Assembly (NCBI GenBank): GCA_951406725.2
Contig: OX597816.1
Coordinates: 180,544,001-180,608,000 of the forward strand
DNA: 64,000 nucleotides
Direction of reading: 5' to 3'
Source of the DNA: Octopus vulgaris
Lineage: Eukaryota
Positions 17,031 to 30,620 of the stretch are shown piece by piece; position 1 is the stretch's first letter; every line of letters begins with the position of its first letter. Position numbers and translations under genes: made by a program. The notes under the pieces are model-generated. The model ran no database searches, was not told the DNA's origin, and saw nothing but the letters and a program-made list of their open reading frames with translations.

Positions 17031-20000
17031 TTCTTTTTTTTATAATTATTATTATTATTATTACTATTATGTAATTGTAGATCTGTATTCTTGCCATTCT
17101 TGTTCTTTAACTTCATTTCAATTTTACTATTTGCTAAAGTAATTTTAAAATTTTCTTAATTCAAATTCAAAACTAACATTCTCAATTGAATAATCCAATT
17201 CTTAACTGTGATACACAACTGTTCACAGGAGGGGAGGGCTTTAGAGATTTCAAAGGTTTCTACAGTCAATGTTATAGCAGCTAGAATACTCTCTACCCCA
17301 GCTGCTCCATCTTGACACTGATACCTATTGTTAAGCTGCTTTCTTTGGCATTTTATCAAGCTTTTTTCCAAAAAGTGCTATTTTTTAAATGCTTTTCAAA
17401 TATTTTGTTAAATAATTGTTAAAATTTCATGACTAACTTACTGTTTGCTGGGGGTTTTAGTTTGTTTTTGTTTCCCCCACCCTACCTGCCCCCATTTTCC
17501 ACCCTGTAAAATTCTTTCTAGAAAACAAAATGTTTTTCATCTTTAGTTTCCTCCCTCCCTGGAAATATGAAAACATTATAAAACCAGACTAAAAGTAGAG
17601 TTTTCAGAATTTAAAAATTCTGAAATAGATCTTCTGAGTAGTTTTTAAAATATTTTTATTTCCTTAACTTTTTAGAAGTTTGTACTTCAATATTTTATTA
17701 TCTTTATCTCTCCTGTCATCTTCTCTCATCTCTTTCTTCTTTCATCCACTTCCCTTTCTACTTACCATAAATCACTAGAAATTATTTACTATGTTCCTTT
17801 GAGATACCAGAAAAGAGAAATCAAAATTTGGTTTTTCTAATTTCTTCTAACTGCTAGTCTGACTCATCTTTTACTAACAAGAGTTTCAGTTGCAGTCACT
17901 GTTAAAGATCATATCTTATTTTACCTTACAACAAATTAGCTGGAACAAGAAGCAGAAAGAAACCTGTTGCTAAGATTCCATTTTTATAGCATTGAATTAC
18001 AGATTCATATTACTTTTCTTTCTGCTGAAATTCAAATGGAATGAAATAAACAGTGGTATTTTACATAGTTAGGAAGGACTATTTGTAGCAGTTGATAATT
18101 GTTGAAGTTCTCAAGCTAGAAATCAGCAAGTTAAGGAGATCTTAAAGAAAAAGTTACAAATAGGTATCACTTGTAATGAAGAATGCATTTACAGTTCACT
18201 TATTTACCTGTCAAATAAAGAAATTGATTTGCATCTAAGATTGCTAAGTTTCTAGGTTTGGGCAGTAGCAAAAATATTTTAGTTTGAATAATCTCCCAAT
18301 CTGCTGACATTTTGTACGGAAGCTATTTATGTAACTACACTGAATATTATCAAATGAATTGGATAATTGTATAAGGTGGTATTTAATTAAAGGTATCTCC
18401 TATTTACTTTCAATTTGAATTCCAAAAGCTGCAGGTTTTTTTCCACATTTAATTTGCTCTGGATTCCTCGTCTTATTAATTGCTGACTGTTTTTTTGTTC
18501 CTTTTATTCTTCAAAAACTATATATATATTTTTTCAACTTCATTTATTTTAATGTACTCATTTCTTAAATGAAACATGAAATTGATGTTCATCATCTGAA
18601 CAAGTATTCCAGCTTTTACAGCTTCTATCTCATAATATTCTTACTTTCATTCTCTCCTTCTTTGACTCCTCTATACATTCCTATCTAAATCCAGCAGCTA
18701 CCTACATCACCTACATTCATTATCTTCATTATGTGATATGTCATTATTAACATTTCCCCTTGATCTCTCACTCTTCATCTCTCAGCTGCCATATTTTCCT
18801 TCCTCTTTATTTTTCTATTAAGCAGTCAGATTGAGTTGCACAACGCAATGGAAAGAATATAATCTTTTGCCTTCCCATTTTCTACTGAACCCTTTGTTCT
18901 GAACTTGAAATGAGTGAAAAAAAATCCCTTTGTTTACAGCAATGAATCATGAGGACACAGGACAGAAGAATGCAAAGTCAAAATCCTTTTTGGCTTTTAC
19001 TGTTACTTAAAAATAATAACAACCTTCAATAAATCAAATGCAATAAAATCCTTCTTTTTGGAGAATTCATAAGATTCACACACGAGAAGATCTGTCTATA
19101 CACCTGTATAGATCTATCTATACACCTGTAATCTTAGATTTCTCAAATGAAGGTAAAACACGGGTTTGCTGAGAGATTGTGAAAAAAATGATTTGTTATT
19201 TTTATTTTTTATTAAACTTTTTTCTCTTCTGAATCAATAGATCAGAGATAATATAAGAAAATGTGGCTTATGTAAACATCAGCTGCCTTCTTTAGACAAG
19301 GACTGTGACTACAAATATTAGACCACTTCAGTTATGTTCACTTTAGTGCTAAATTAGACAATAGACACGGTTTGCTTTGTTACTATGTATTATGCATTTC
19401 CTGCTTGTCTTTTTTTTCCTCTTTATTTTTTTTTATGACAAAAGCAATAAGTACGTGCTCAAAGTTTATCACAGCAAATATCACCTTAATTAAACCTGTA
19501 TTTTATTATGTACTAAAAAGGAGTTATATTTGTTGACACAGCAGAAATATGTAAGTGTTGCTGGGAAAGCAAAACAAAGCAGAAAGAAGAAAAAATGTAA
19601 GAAATAAATAGATTTACTTTTGGGTATATTTTTACATAGAATTTAAATATATCTTTCAAAGGATATCAATATATGATATTTCTAAACCCCATTTCAGATT
19701 TTATGATGTACCATTCTTTCTTTAAACACTATTCATTTCATAATATAGATACCTTGCTGCATTCATGTTAATTATAAATTACTCATATTCGCGATAATAT
19801 ATTTATATTCACTTCACCAGATGTTCAGTTATTTTCTATGTGTATGTCTGGCACAATTTCATTTCTTACCCTAATACCAAATACAACGTCGATAAATAAG
19901 TTACTTCATCAACACAGCCAGCAACATTATTGTAGCTCTAATTATTACACTTGTAGTGTAATTACAGGTTTTGAAAAAGACAAATGAAACAATATTTTTC

Positions 20001-22605
20001 CTATACAGAATTGCCTTTATGATAATAACTGTTATACTGTTGTAAAGACCTTTTTACGTTTTCTTCTTTTTGGTTTTTGTATGTTTAACATCTTGCTTCT
20101 TGTACGAAGCAATAACTATAACAGATTCGTAGTCGATTATCTGGAGTAGGAAAACCCACAGCGAAATTTAAATATATAAACGAAAATACATTAAGTTATC
20201 TCCCTTCTTTAAACTGTAGTAGCCTCCCTTGAACACTTTTACTGGTTCTGTCATTTATTCTCTCTATAAAATGCATAATAGGTAGGTTATTATTGTTTAA
20301 CTGATTTAATATTGCTTCGGGCTCAGTTATAGGGAAACTTAACTTTGTTATATCAGGTTTGTCTGAAATGAACTTTTACATATGTGATGTCAACGAACAA
20401 AGTTTTCAACTAAATAAAGTGAAGACCTCCTTGGAATAGACAAGACTCATTTGACCAAAGATGTGAAGATTCTTCTTGAAGCAACACAACTAACCATAAT
20501 GCTTCAGATGCACTGCTAATAAACTGATAGAATTTCCATAGACCATCCAATGTTGTTGTGACTATCAGGTGTTAAATGGCCACCACTGCTTTATAATTCA
20601 AACCAACACTTGAGACATTGTAAGTGGACTTAGCCAGTCCCTCAGAAGTGTTAGCCTTCTGCCTGGATTAGAAACAATTATCATAATGAGGGCAACAAAC
20701 TGGCAGAATCATTATGAAAGATACTTTGCAGCATATCATGTAACCCTTTACATCCTGAGTTCAAATCACACTGAGGTCAACTTTGCCTTTTATCTTTTCA
20801 GAGCCAATAAAATAAAGTACTAGTCTCTACTGGAGTTGATATTTATCTGCCCTCTCCCCTTCTAAACTGCTGACCTTGCATTTAGAAAGCAATTAGCTAG
20901 CAAAACCATTTGAGTATCAGAAAAACAATGCTTTGCATTATTTGTTCTGGCTCTATATATTCTGAGTTCAAATCCTGCCAAGGTCAGCTTTGTCTTTCAT
21001 CCCTCCAGAATTGATGAAATAAAGTACCAGTGAAAATACTGAGGTCTACAGTATTGACTTATCCCATGCTAAATGTTTTTGGCCTTTTGCCTAAATAAAT
21101 ACAACTACTGGCATGTCACTGAAAATAGTTTTGAGGATTTTAAAATAACAACCAGTAAATACTCTCCAGGTTATCTTTATAATTCCCTGAATATAACTGA
21201 GTTTTTCAAAGCTAATAATAGTTCTTTTATAATCTAATAGAATATGAAGACATTTGAAGAGGTGTCTCGTATCTCAGCCAATTATATCTAGGAGGTTATA
21301 GAAGGACAACAAGAAGGTGCACCCTTAAGACATCACTGTCATAGGATAATGGACATAAAAAGTAGTCTTTGCATTTTGTACTGTATTAGTGAGCTGAAGT
21401 TACAAAAGTAGCTCCCTAACTTTTTATCACTGGGATATATTCTCTCCCAGCAGTTGTCATCTTTACAAAACTCTACAAGAAGGAAGGAAAAGAGAAAAAT
21501 ATTTCAGATTAATAAATTAAAATCTTAATATGTCTGATTGATATAAAAAACATTGCTATGTGTCCTGTTAAATATACTGATTCCCAACAAACACACACAC
21601 TCCCTTATGTAGCAACCAAAACTAAATAAGAGGCAATGTAAGTCCAACTGCTGAGTGAAATAAAACTGACTGCAAACATATTTTAACTGTAAAACATACA
21701 CTAAAAGCTTTCCTCCTTGTTTAATAAAGATTTTACTATTTTTTCTTCCATTTTTTTAAACATTATTTTTATGTGTATCTTTTTTTTTTTTCTGTTCCAT
21801 GTTAAGCCTTTTCTTGTCTTGGCTAGACAGGAACAAATTTTGGGTTCCATGTGTCCTAAAAGGACCATATGTGGACTAACTTTTCATGTTTAACTGGCAT
21901 GCAAAGCGTCAATGTGTATTGTCATTTTCTTTTTTTTTTTTTGGCATTAAAATTCTTAACTGATAAAAAAAAAATTTAAGATATTTTTCTTCTTTATTTT
22001 TTATCTTACATCCTTTACTTTATTGAAATGTGACCATACTGGAGCAATATCTTAAAGAATTTTAGTCATATTAACCCTACTGCCTATTTTTTTAAAGTCT
22101 AGTACTTATTCTATTTCTTTTGCCAAACCACTAACTTAGAAGGATGTACACATATCAACACTGGTTGCCAAGCAGTGTAAGAGGTGGGTACAAACACAAA
22201 CTCCTTCTCCTACCCCCCCCCCCAACAAATATGATGGACTGTCCCATCAAAGATGACGTATTAGCATTCAGCTTTTGCCAAGCAACCTGCACAGGTGATT
22301 CGTTTATAGTGATTAAATGGTCATGCCACACATTAGTTCACTCTCTCTTCATCGAATCGACATTGTCTGAACAGGTGCACCCAGGTGTACCACGCGTCAG
22401 GTGTTGAAGTGATTGCAAAGCAACGGGAGATGAAGTGTTTTGTTCATGAACACAATGCACCACCCAGTCTAGGAATTGAAATCATGATCTCACAATCGTA
22501 AGTGCAACACCCTAACCACTAAGCCAAGTGCACACACACACACATCTATATATCATCATCATCTTCATTTAACATCCACCTTCCATGCTGGCATGGGTGG
22601 GACGG

Positions 22606-22641
<36 letters not shown>

Positions 22642-22974
22642 TCTTTTAGTTTCCAACAACTGAATCCACTCATAAGGGTTTAGTTGGCCCTGGGCCAACT
22701 TCTCGAAGGTGCCACGACTGGGATTGAATCTAAAACCAATGTGATTGGGAAGCAAACTTTTTCCTACACAACCATCACAAAACGAAATGAGATACGAGTA
22801 AGGTTGTGGCATGCACAATGAGAGAAGTAATGTGTGTACAAAGTGAGATGTGCAACAGAAGCTGTTGTTATTGTACAGCTGAGTAACTTTAAGCCAGCTT
22901 TATTTCAGCATTCGTGTAGTTGTGGCAGAGAAGCAAATCCATGACTCAGTACAGCAAGAATCAGTCAGGGTATA

Positions 22975-23171
22975 CTCTTTTACTTGTTTCAGTCATTTGA
23001 CTGTGGCCGTGCTGGAGCACCGCCTTTAGTCGAGCAAATCGACACCAGGACTTATTCTTTGTAAGCCCAGTACTTATTCTATTGGTCTCTTTTGCCGAAC
23101 CGCTTAGAGATGGGGACGTAAACACACCAGCATCAGTTGTCAAGCGATTTGGGGGGGGGACAAACACAGAC

Positions 23172-23232
<61 letters not shown>

Positions 23233-23402
23233 TATACGACAGGCTTCTTTCAGTTTCTGTCAACGAAATCCACTCACAAGGCATTGGTCGGCCCGGGGCT
23301 ATAGCAGAAGACACTTGCCCAAGATGCCACGCAGTGGGACTGAACCCGGAACCATGTGGTTGGTTAGCAAGCTACTTACCACACAGCCACTCCTGCACCT
23401 AT
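22975..23402 (-). mobile_element. tRNA-derived SINE (octopus-type) with internal (TA)/(CA) tract
   Basis: Minus-strand head has A-box TGGCTGTGTGG and B-box GGTTCAGTCCC. A related copy lies at 151-521, with fragments at 2650-2800, 10888-10950, 21990-22200, 22640-22770 and 35495-35600. Confidence 0.85.
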
Positions 23403-23439
23403 ACTAGATGTGTTAGTTTAAGTAAAGTGTATATGTGGA

Positions 23440-23750
23440 TTAGTGGATAGGGGATTAGTGGCTTATGATCATAAGTTTGATTCCTGTCAGTACATTATGT
23501 CCTTGAGCAAGACACTTTATTCCACACTGCTCCAGTCCACTCAGCTGGAAAAAATGAGTTGTACCAGTAATTTCAAGGGGTCAGCCTTGTCATATTCTGG
23601 GTGTCACACTGAATCTTCATGAGAATTATGTTAAGGGTCCACATGTGTCTGTGAAGTGCTCGGCCACTTGTTCGTTTATTTCATAAGCAGGTTGTTCAGT
23701 TGATCGGATCAATTAGAACCCTCGTCAATTAGAACTGATGGAGTGACGGT
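23440..23750 (+). mobile_element. SINE with GTCCTTGAGCAAGACACTT domain
   Basis: Colinear with a second copy at 2160-2465; a related head occurs at 9185-9300. Confidence 0.7.
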
Positions 23751-24970
23751 TATAAAGTTTAAGTAAATAATATTTCATCAACATCTTTTTCATAACATTT
23801 CATAACATTTTTACTGGAAGTTTGCAGGACTCTTGAATCTATTTGGTTTTCATTTTAGAGACTGTAGCATGTAAAGTGACAGAAAGTCTTTGATAATATG
23901 TGAATAAAGAGAATATTTTCTTTACCTGTAAAAAATGTAATGATCCAGATTTGAGTCAGAACCAGAATTGCTGGTTATACTGCAGAGAGGAATAACAAAC
24001 TTAAAACAGCTGATAACCCTTTATCTGTAAATCTGAAAACCAATATCCTTTTGGGTATGAGAAGCACCATGAGGAAAATTCCTTAAAATTCTTGGAAAGA
24101 TTTAGAAAAAAAAAAACCAAAATAGGATGTCATGGGTAAGGATAAAATGCAAGTATTGTGTTTATGTGATTGACAAGCTGAAGTAAAAATAGTACCTAAA
24201 GCAAAACTGAACAAGTACCAGAATGATGTCTGCCTTCTTGGAATGACTCGCTCACAGAAGAGTGATGTTAGTTAAATGAGATGTATTATGAAATGTAAAT
24301 GAACAATGTGCTTGGACTAGGGTTTTGTCACCAAGCTCTCCACTTTTAAAAATGTAATTATACAGTCTTCTGAACTAGGAAGAATTCAAAATCCCAAACA
24401 CTTCCACTTCCAAAGATTATTGACTGTAATTTGAAACAACAAACATTGGAGATTGGAATGACTCGCTCACAGAAGAGTGATGTTAGTTAAATGGTAACTC
24501 TGAAGTTTCTAGATGCATCATTCTAATAAACTTCCTTATTTACCAGATGCTAACAAAGCAATTTAACTGTAGTTTCTTTTTCTACCACCTGACTTGGCAC
24601 AAATCTGACAGAGAATTAGGACTTCAGATAAGATAAATATCAGAGTAGTTTGCAGTAGAAGTACCGATGAAATGAAGTCCACGAAACATTCAGCTGACTC
24701 ACTAAATATAATCAATAACTACTATTATCTGAATAATACTGGAGGACAATTGTAATGAAAATATAGTTATTAGAAGTAAAAGTAATTCAGAAAGTCCTTA
24801 TCTCTGTTGAAAGCAAATGGTTTCTCTCAACAATGCAAAAAGTAGATTGCAAGGAACTTGTTTAAGGAGTGTGATTCAGCATGGTAGTGAAATATGGACA
24901 GATCTGTGAGGACTGAAGAAAAATGAGTCAGGTATGCATGTGACCTGTTAACTTCCTTAGAATCTAGAAC

Positions 24971-25503
24971 CATTGTTCTCAACTGTTTTTAACCTATGGA
25001 CCCTATTCATTGCTGCTTTACTCTAATGGACCCCCATTGCTATTTGATGTTTAAAAACTAGTTTTAAAGACACTTATTTCAACATTTCTATTTTACTTTC
25101 CACACATTAACTTGTATAGGTTGAATTATATAAAACATTTGAGAAAGAAATCTAGCTGTTTCTTGCACAAAACACACTTAAACCATTTTTTGACAATTTG
25201 ATTTTTATTTAACTCTACTAGGCCTTCATAGTCATTTGGTGTTTTAAAAAGACCTAATATATTTTTTACAATTAAATATCATTGGAAATTGTATTAAAAT
25301 ATCTTTTGTACTGCAGACATATAACTAATTTATTGCACATAAACTTTAACAAGAGATCTTATATCAACCCCTGTTGAGAACCGTTGATCTAAAGGAAAAA
25401 TTCTTTCATGGACCCTTAATATACTATTGTGGGTTCCCAGTTTACTATTTTTCTTGTGTGTACCCCCAAAACTTTTATATGGACCACGGCTGAGAACCAC
25501 TTG
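24971..25503. mobile_element. hAT-type MITE, same family as 12278-12614, with two right-hand ends
   Basis: Shared internal sequence (CCTATGGACCC...GATGTTTAAAAACTAGTTTT). TIR-like TGAGAACC near both 25375 and 25492. Confidence 0.7.
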
Positions 25504-26372
25504 ATTTAGAGCATAAAGGTGTTGAGAAACTAGCTGGCTACCAATGGTACCAGTTAATATGTATTGACTTTGCTGGTAAGGACATCTGATGAGAAAGTAT
25601 CATGAGCGATGGATGTAAAAGTTCTGTGTACTGAAAATAGAAGTTTCTTTGACATAGTGTCCAAATCAATCCAGTGTGGAATGCTGTACAATAGACCATG
25701 CCAGCATGGAAAATTTACATATAAAGAACAATGAGATACTCTCAATAATTAAAACCTCATAGGCTATAAAAGTAGTAGAAAGATAACAAGGAGCTATTAT
25801 ACAGAAAAGTCTGGAAAAATATTGATATCAAATTTTGACACAAGGACAGCAATTTCGAGTGGGGAGGGGTAGTCAAATTCATTGACCCCAGTGTTCAACT
25901 GGTACTTCTTTTATCAACCCTGAAACAATGAAAGTCAAAGTCAATGTCAGTGAAATTTGGACTCAGAATGTAAAGATGGATGAAATACCACTAAGCATTT
26001 TGCTAATGATTCTGCTAGCTCCTTGCCTTAGCCTGGAAAAATATTAGTTCAAAAAAATCTCATACACTGTTTGAAAATTTCAGGTGTTTGATAAAACAAA
26101 AAAGAAAGAGAGAAAAAGATTAAAATAAAATAATATAAACATGAATGTTGTAAAAATATGTCAACCAAATTCAGTGAAATTCTTAAAAATAGCCACTTTT
26201 CAGGTGATGGCTGCATATCAGATGTGAAGATATGAAAAAACAAGCTTTAGATAATGTTGACATATTTTCTCTCAGAAGACACTCGTTAATAATTGCTCCT
26301 GCATAAGCAAATACATTGAAAACGTTTAATGTTGCAGGACTTTAAAAAAAAAAAAGCAATATAAAAAGTAAA

Positions 26373-26705
26373 GGGCCTCTTTGGTCATGACTGACCATGG
26401 GATTGCACCTAGAAAGTTACCTTCCTGGGTACAAGTCCAGGCAAGGTTGCTAATGGAAGACCAGCAGTCGCCCATGCATACCGGCCTCCCCTCTCCATGC
26501 CACCAATGTTATCCAAGGAAAAGGTAAAGGTCGATACAGCTTGGCACCTGTGACGCCGCAACTCATTTCTACAGCTGAGTGAACTGGAGCAACATGAAAT
26601 GAAGAGTCTTGCTCAAGAACACAACACACAGCTCAGTCCAGGACATCGAAATCACAATCTCACAACTGTAAGCCCAATCCTCGAACCACTGAGCCACACA
26701 CCTTC
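26373..26705 (-). mobile_element. tRNA-headed SINE (further family)
   Basis: Minus-strand head GAAGGTGTGTGGCTCAGTGGTT...TTCGATGTCC followed by TGTGTTGTGTTCTTGAGCAAGAC. A related inverse copy lies at about 22250-22530. Confidence 0.7.
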
Positions 26706-26847
26706 GCTAATATCTGATTAATTAAATCTATGAAAAAAAGATGTGGGTGTATGTACATATGAATCTGAGGTCACACACAAAGTACAGAGAATGAGCACAC
26801 ATACATAAATATACACACACACACACTAAAAATGTAAGCTGACTTAA

Positions 26848-27057
26848 CCCTTTAGAATTCAGATTACTCTGTTAAATGTAATGCTTTTTTATTAACAATG
26901 TTTTGAATTAATGAGGCATTATCTCATAGTTTCGATATTTCAGTGATGTGATTATTTGACATTGTAGGGTAGATGTAAGAGGCCAGATCTGGCGGGTTTG
27001 AACATGAAATGGAGAATATTTGGGCTGGATATGGGGGCCAATTTAAATGCTAAAGGG
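26848..27057. mobile_element. piggyBac-like (TTAA-flanked) MITE
   Basis: TTAA|CCCTTTAG ... CTAAAGGG|TTGA termini. A homologous copy lies at about 1908-2130; a second TTAA/CCCTT family occurs at about 6045-6270, 32260-32495 and 32840-33048. Confidence 0.7.
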
Positions 27058-28979
27058 TTGATATATTTAAAAGTACTTCCTTAATTTAAACAAGGGATAA
27101 ATTTAATTAAAATATACATATTATAAAAGGAAATGATTTTAAACATTTTTATTATCAATAAATATTGTATAACTTTTAATACACTTTAGAAAACTTATAT
27201 GCAAATATGTTTACATTGGCTGCACATTTTGATACATTTACAGGTACCAACAAAAAATAAAATTTCAGTGATCCATGTTTTACAAGTTTTTAAGGAATGA
27301 GCAGAAATAGGCTTTTATTATAATCTCAGTTGTGGAAAACCTCTTGTTCCTGAAAATCAGTTTAACCATTTAACTGCCAGAATAGTAAACAGATGAATTC
27401 TATATACAAAGATTGTGCTAAAAGAACAAACAAAAAACCATTTCAGTCTTTTTTTTTCTTTTCATATCCTGCATTGATAAGAAAAAAATAATCCTTTTTA
27501 ATTTAGACACAAGGCCTGAAATTTTTTGGGGGGAGGGGGGGGGGGCTAGTCAATTACATTGACCCCACCCCACCCCCACCCCTCATGCTCAACTGGTTCT
27601 TATTTTATCAACCACAAAAGGATGAAAGGTAAAGTTCACCTTGGCAGAATCTGAAACATTTTGTCTGACCTGCTAACGATTCTGCCAGCTAACCATCTTG
27701 ATAAGAAACAAATAAGAATGGTTTCTGACATAGGCAGAAGGCCACAGATTTGGGATAAAGGTGAAGGCACTGAAACCACTTGACTGGTACTTAGTTTACC
27801 AATCACCTGAGAAAGAAGGAAAAGTTAACTTTATTGGGAAACTACAAGGTCATTAGCTTTAAGGGAGGGGATAGTCGAATAGTTGGTGGCTGGTCTTCAT
27901 TTTATCAACCCCAGACAAAAGACCCCTTTCCACTGAATTTTAGCATCATTTGCAGGTTGTTATAAGTAAAGTATTTCCCAGAATCATTACAAACCATAGG
28001 AGCATATGCTTTGGTCCAGTTTCAGATGAGATACGATACTGGCATAGAACAAGATAGCAGAGTTTATACCAGACTTATATGCTGATGCATAGCAAATCAA
28101 CAAAATATATTTTTCAATTCCACAATATACACAGTGCTGAAGCTACATGAACCCAGCTGTTGAGTGTTTAGTGTTTGGCTAAAACCAGGCAGAGTGAGGA
28201 GCACAAATCAAATGAAAAGTTTCAGTCGGTTGAGTTATTAAAATACAAGCTCTAAGACTGAAAGTCGAGGGGACAGTTCCTGTCATTGATGTAGTATTTA
28301 ATCACCAGCCAATATACCGCAACACCCAACTGATCTAGTTTTACTAGATGTAAATAGATATCCTGCAAAAGGAAAACAGTTCATTAGTCTGCAGAAAGCT
28401 AAAACTAGAACATTACAACATGATCCCACTCCAGTGTTTCTTCTCTTGAATCATGTCCCCAATGAGCTGCATTCAATCAACTCACTTTTAGCATGAAATT
28501 ACTGAACAGTTCAATGGTGAGTCTAAGTTCTCTTCATATTTCTACAGTTGACAAATCACATTTTGAATCTATCATGTTTTTCTTTTCCAATTATTTTACA
28601 CCAAAGTTATTGATTTTCTTGGCTTTTAACTTAAATTATTTACCCCATTCTTCTAATAAAACCATCTTTAACTTAAATCTTAGTCCCAAAAGTTATACCT
28701 ACACCACTTTTTGATGCTCCTCCACATCACCAGCCACCCATTTGTTAGCTAACCTTCAGCTGCTCATTAGTTTGTAAATAATCTTCGTTCCCAATAAGTT
28801 ACCTTCACCCTAGCCCTAAACATTCAGGCATAGTTGTGTGCTTTAGAAGTTTGCTTCAAACCAAGTTAACAGAATAGTTCTAAGCTTGATCCCACGGCAC
28901 AACTCATTCATTATTGCCTTGGATTAACTACTGAGAGTTTTGAGTTAAATTTGGTAGATGCAAACTGTGCAAAAACCCA

Positions 28980-30620
28980 TTATATATGTTTGTGTATATC
29001 TAATGTGTTCACCTGAATTGGAGAGATGCCCTCAACCATTTAAACCCTATGGCACTAACTGACTGAAGCTCTACCAGTTATATACTATCCCTCGTATTAG
29101 GAAGAAAAAATCCCACTCACCATTTCAAATTGGGTGGATTTTACCTGCCACTAGAAATCCTGAAAGACAACCATCCATAAAACAAAAGACAACCTTACAT
29201 AATGATAACCTCTTAAAGTGCAACTAGCCTTATTTTTTTTTTATCTCTTCCAAGGTTTCCACCAACTATTCAGAATCCTTCCTCCCACTACTCCTTAAGC
29301 ATGATGTCTCCTAAAGAGAAAGCTTCTATGTCTGCATCCAGTTCAACATTGTACACACTAAGTAAAACTCCACCAAACCTTTCTCCACTCCACCATGTGG
29401 AAACATCTTAGTTCACTTTAAACCAACAATCCTTTCCATTGTTCTCAGTGTTTCCTACACTTATCCTGTACTTTCATGAAACTTTTCAACCTTTCTCTCT
29501 CTTTCCTGTACTTTCATGAAACTTTTCAACCTTTCTCTCTCTTTCCTGTACTTTCATGAAACTTTTCAACCTTTCTTTCTCTTTCCTGTACTTTCATGAA
29601 ACTTTTCAACCTTTCTCTCTCTCTCACTAAAAGAATTCTGCCCTGATCTTTGGAATCCTGCCTCAGTGCAACATCACTTTTACTTGAAACCTCTCAAAAA
29701 TGATGGAAACAATCATTAACAATCACCTTTACACCTTCAACTTTTCTCTCTCTTCAATTACAACTGGCATGGCTGACATAGAGCGAACTCTTTTGGAGAA
29801 TTTCTTTCCTAAATCACTCACCAGTGGTCCTATCCTTTGTTCTTGAAAAATAGAGTAAAACAATGTCACAGCACTTTATGAAATGTGTCTGGCTAAATTG
29901 TCTGTCTTACATCTTTTGAGTAAGAAGTTCCTTGGGAGACCATTTCTGCTGGTGAGGGTTTCCTTGAACTCTGGTTCAGTTCATTTATGCTACCCAAATT
30001 CTTTCACCTGTACATAAACAAACTATTCAATAAAACACCTCAAATAATCTTGCTCCCTCGAACATGAATAACACTTTTCACTTTGCCCTTGCTTTCCACA
30101 TACTCACGCCATTCAAGTGCAACCTATACACTTCAGATCATAAACAGAGACCTTGAAAATATTATCTAATAGGAGAATACATATTCAATTTGTCTTCTTC
30201 AACAGAAGAAAGACAGAATCATTGATCTTACCAAAGGAAACAATGGACCTCATTTTCCCTAGTCTTGGACAACATGCAATAAAAACTTTCAAAGTTTCTA
30301 TTAATGGTAAGCCTCACAACTTCTGATGATCTCAAGGAGGTAACTGTATTTTCACAACATAATCTGCCATGTTCCCCCATTTCTCTGTTCCTCTTGTCGT
30401 TCATACTTTGTCTCCCCCCCCCCCCCTATCTGTCATGACCCACTCTACTAACTGTGCCATTTACTTCACAAGAAGAGTGTCTCTAACCAAGAAGCCCTGG
30501 ATTTCTCTTTCATCCTTCATTTTTTCTCCACGCATAAACCTCATTAGTTTCACCAGAAGACCTACAGGGGTCATAACCGTAGCCCTCTACCTCCTGACTA
30601 AACCACATAAATAAAGAAAG
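28980..30620 (+). mobile_element. Highly degraded Jockey/CR1-like LINE ORF2
   Basis: Colinear decayed motifs: LWNPASVQ, KMMETIINNHL, a decayed NSG(VPQG) region, and KPWISLSSFIFSPRINLISF (like RLWNSLP..VFP..YNL..F). Confidence 0.55.
29465..29624. repeat. 40-bp minisatellite x4 (CCTGTACTTTCATGAAACTTTTCAACCTTTCTCTCTCTTT)
   Basis: Four near-identical copies with a 40-bp period. Confidence 0.95.

Noticed and set aside
23330-23400. tRNA gene (A/B boxes on the minus strand)
   Set aside because: It is the head of a multi-copy SINE and no complete cloverleaf is evident.
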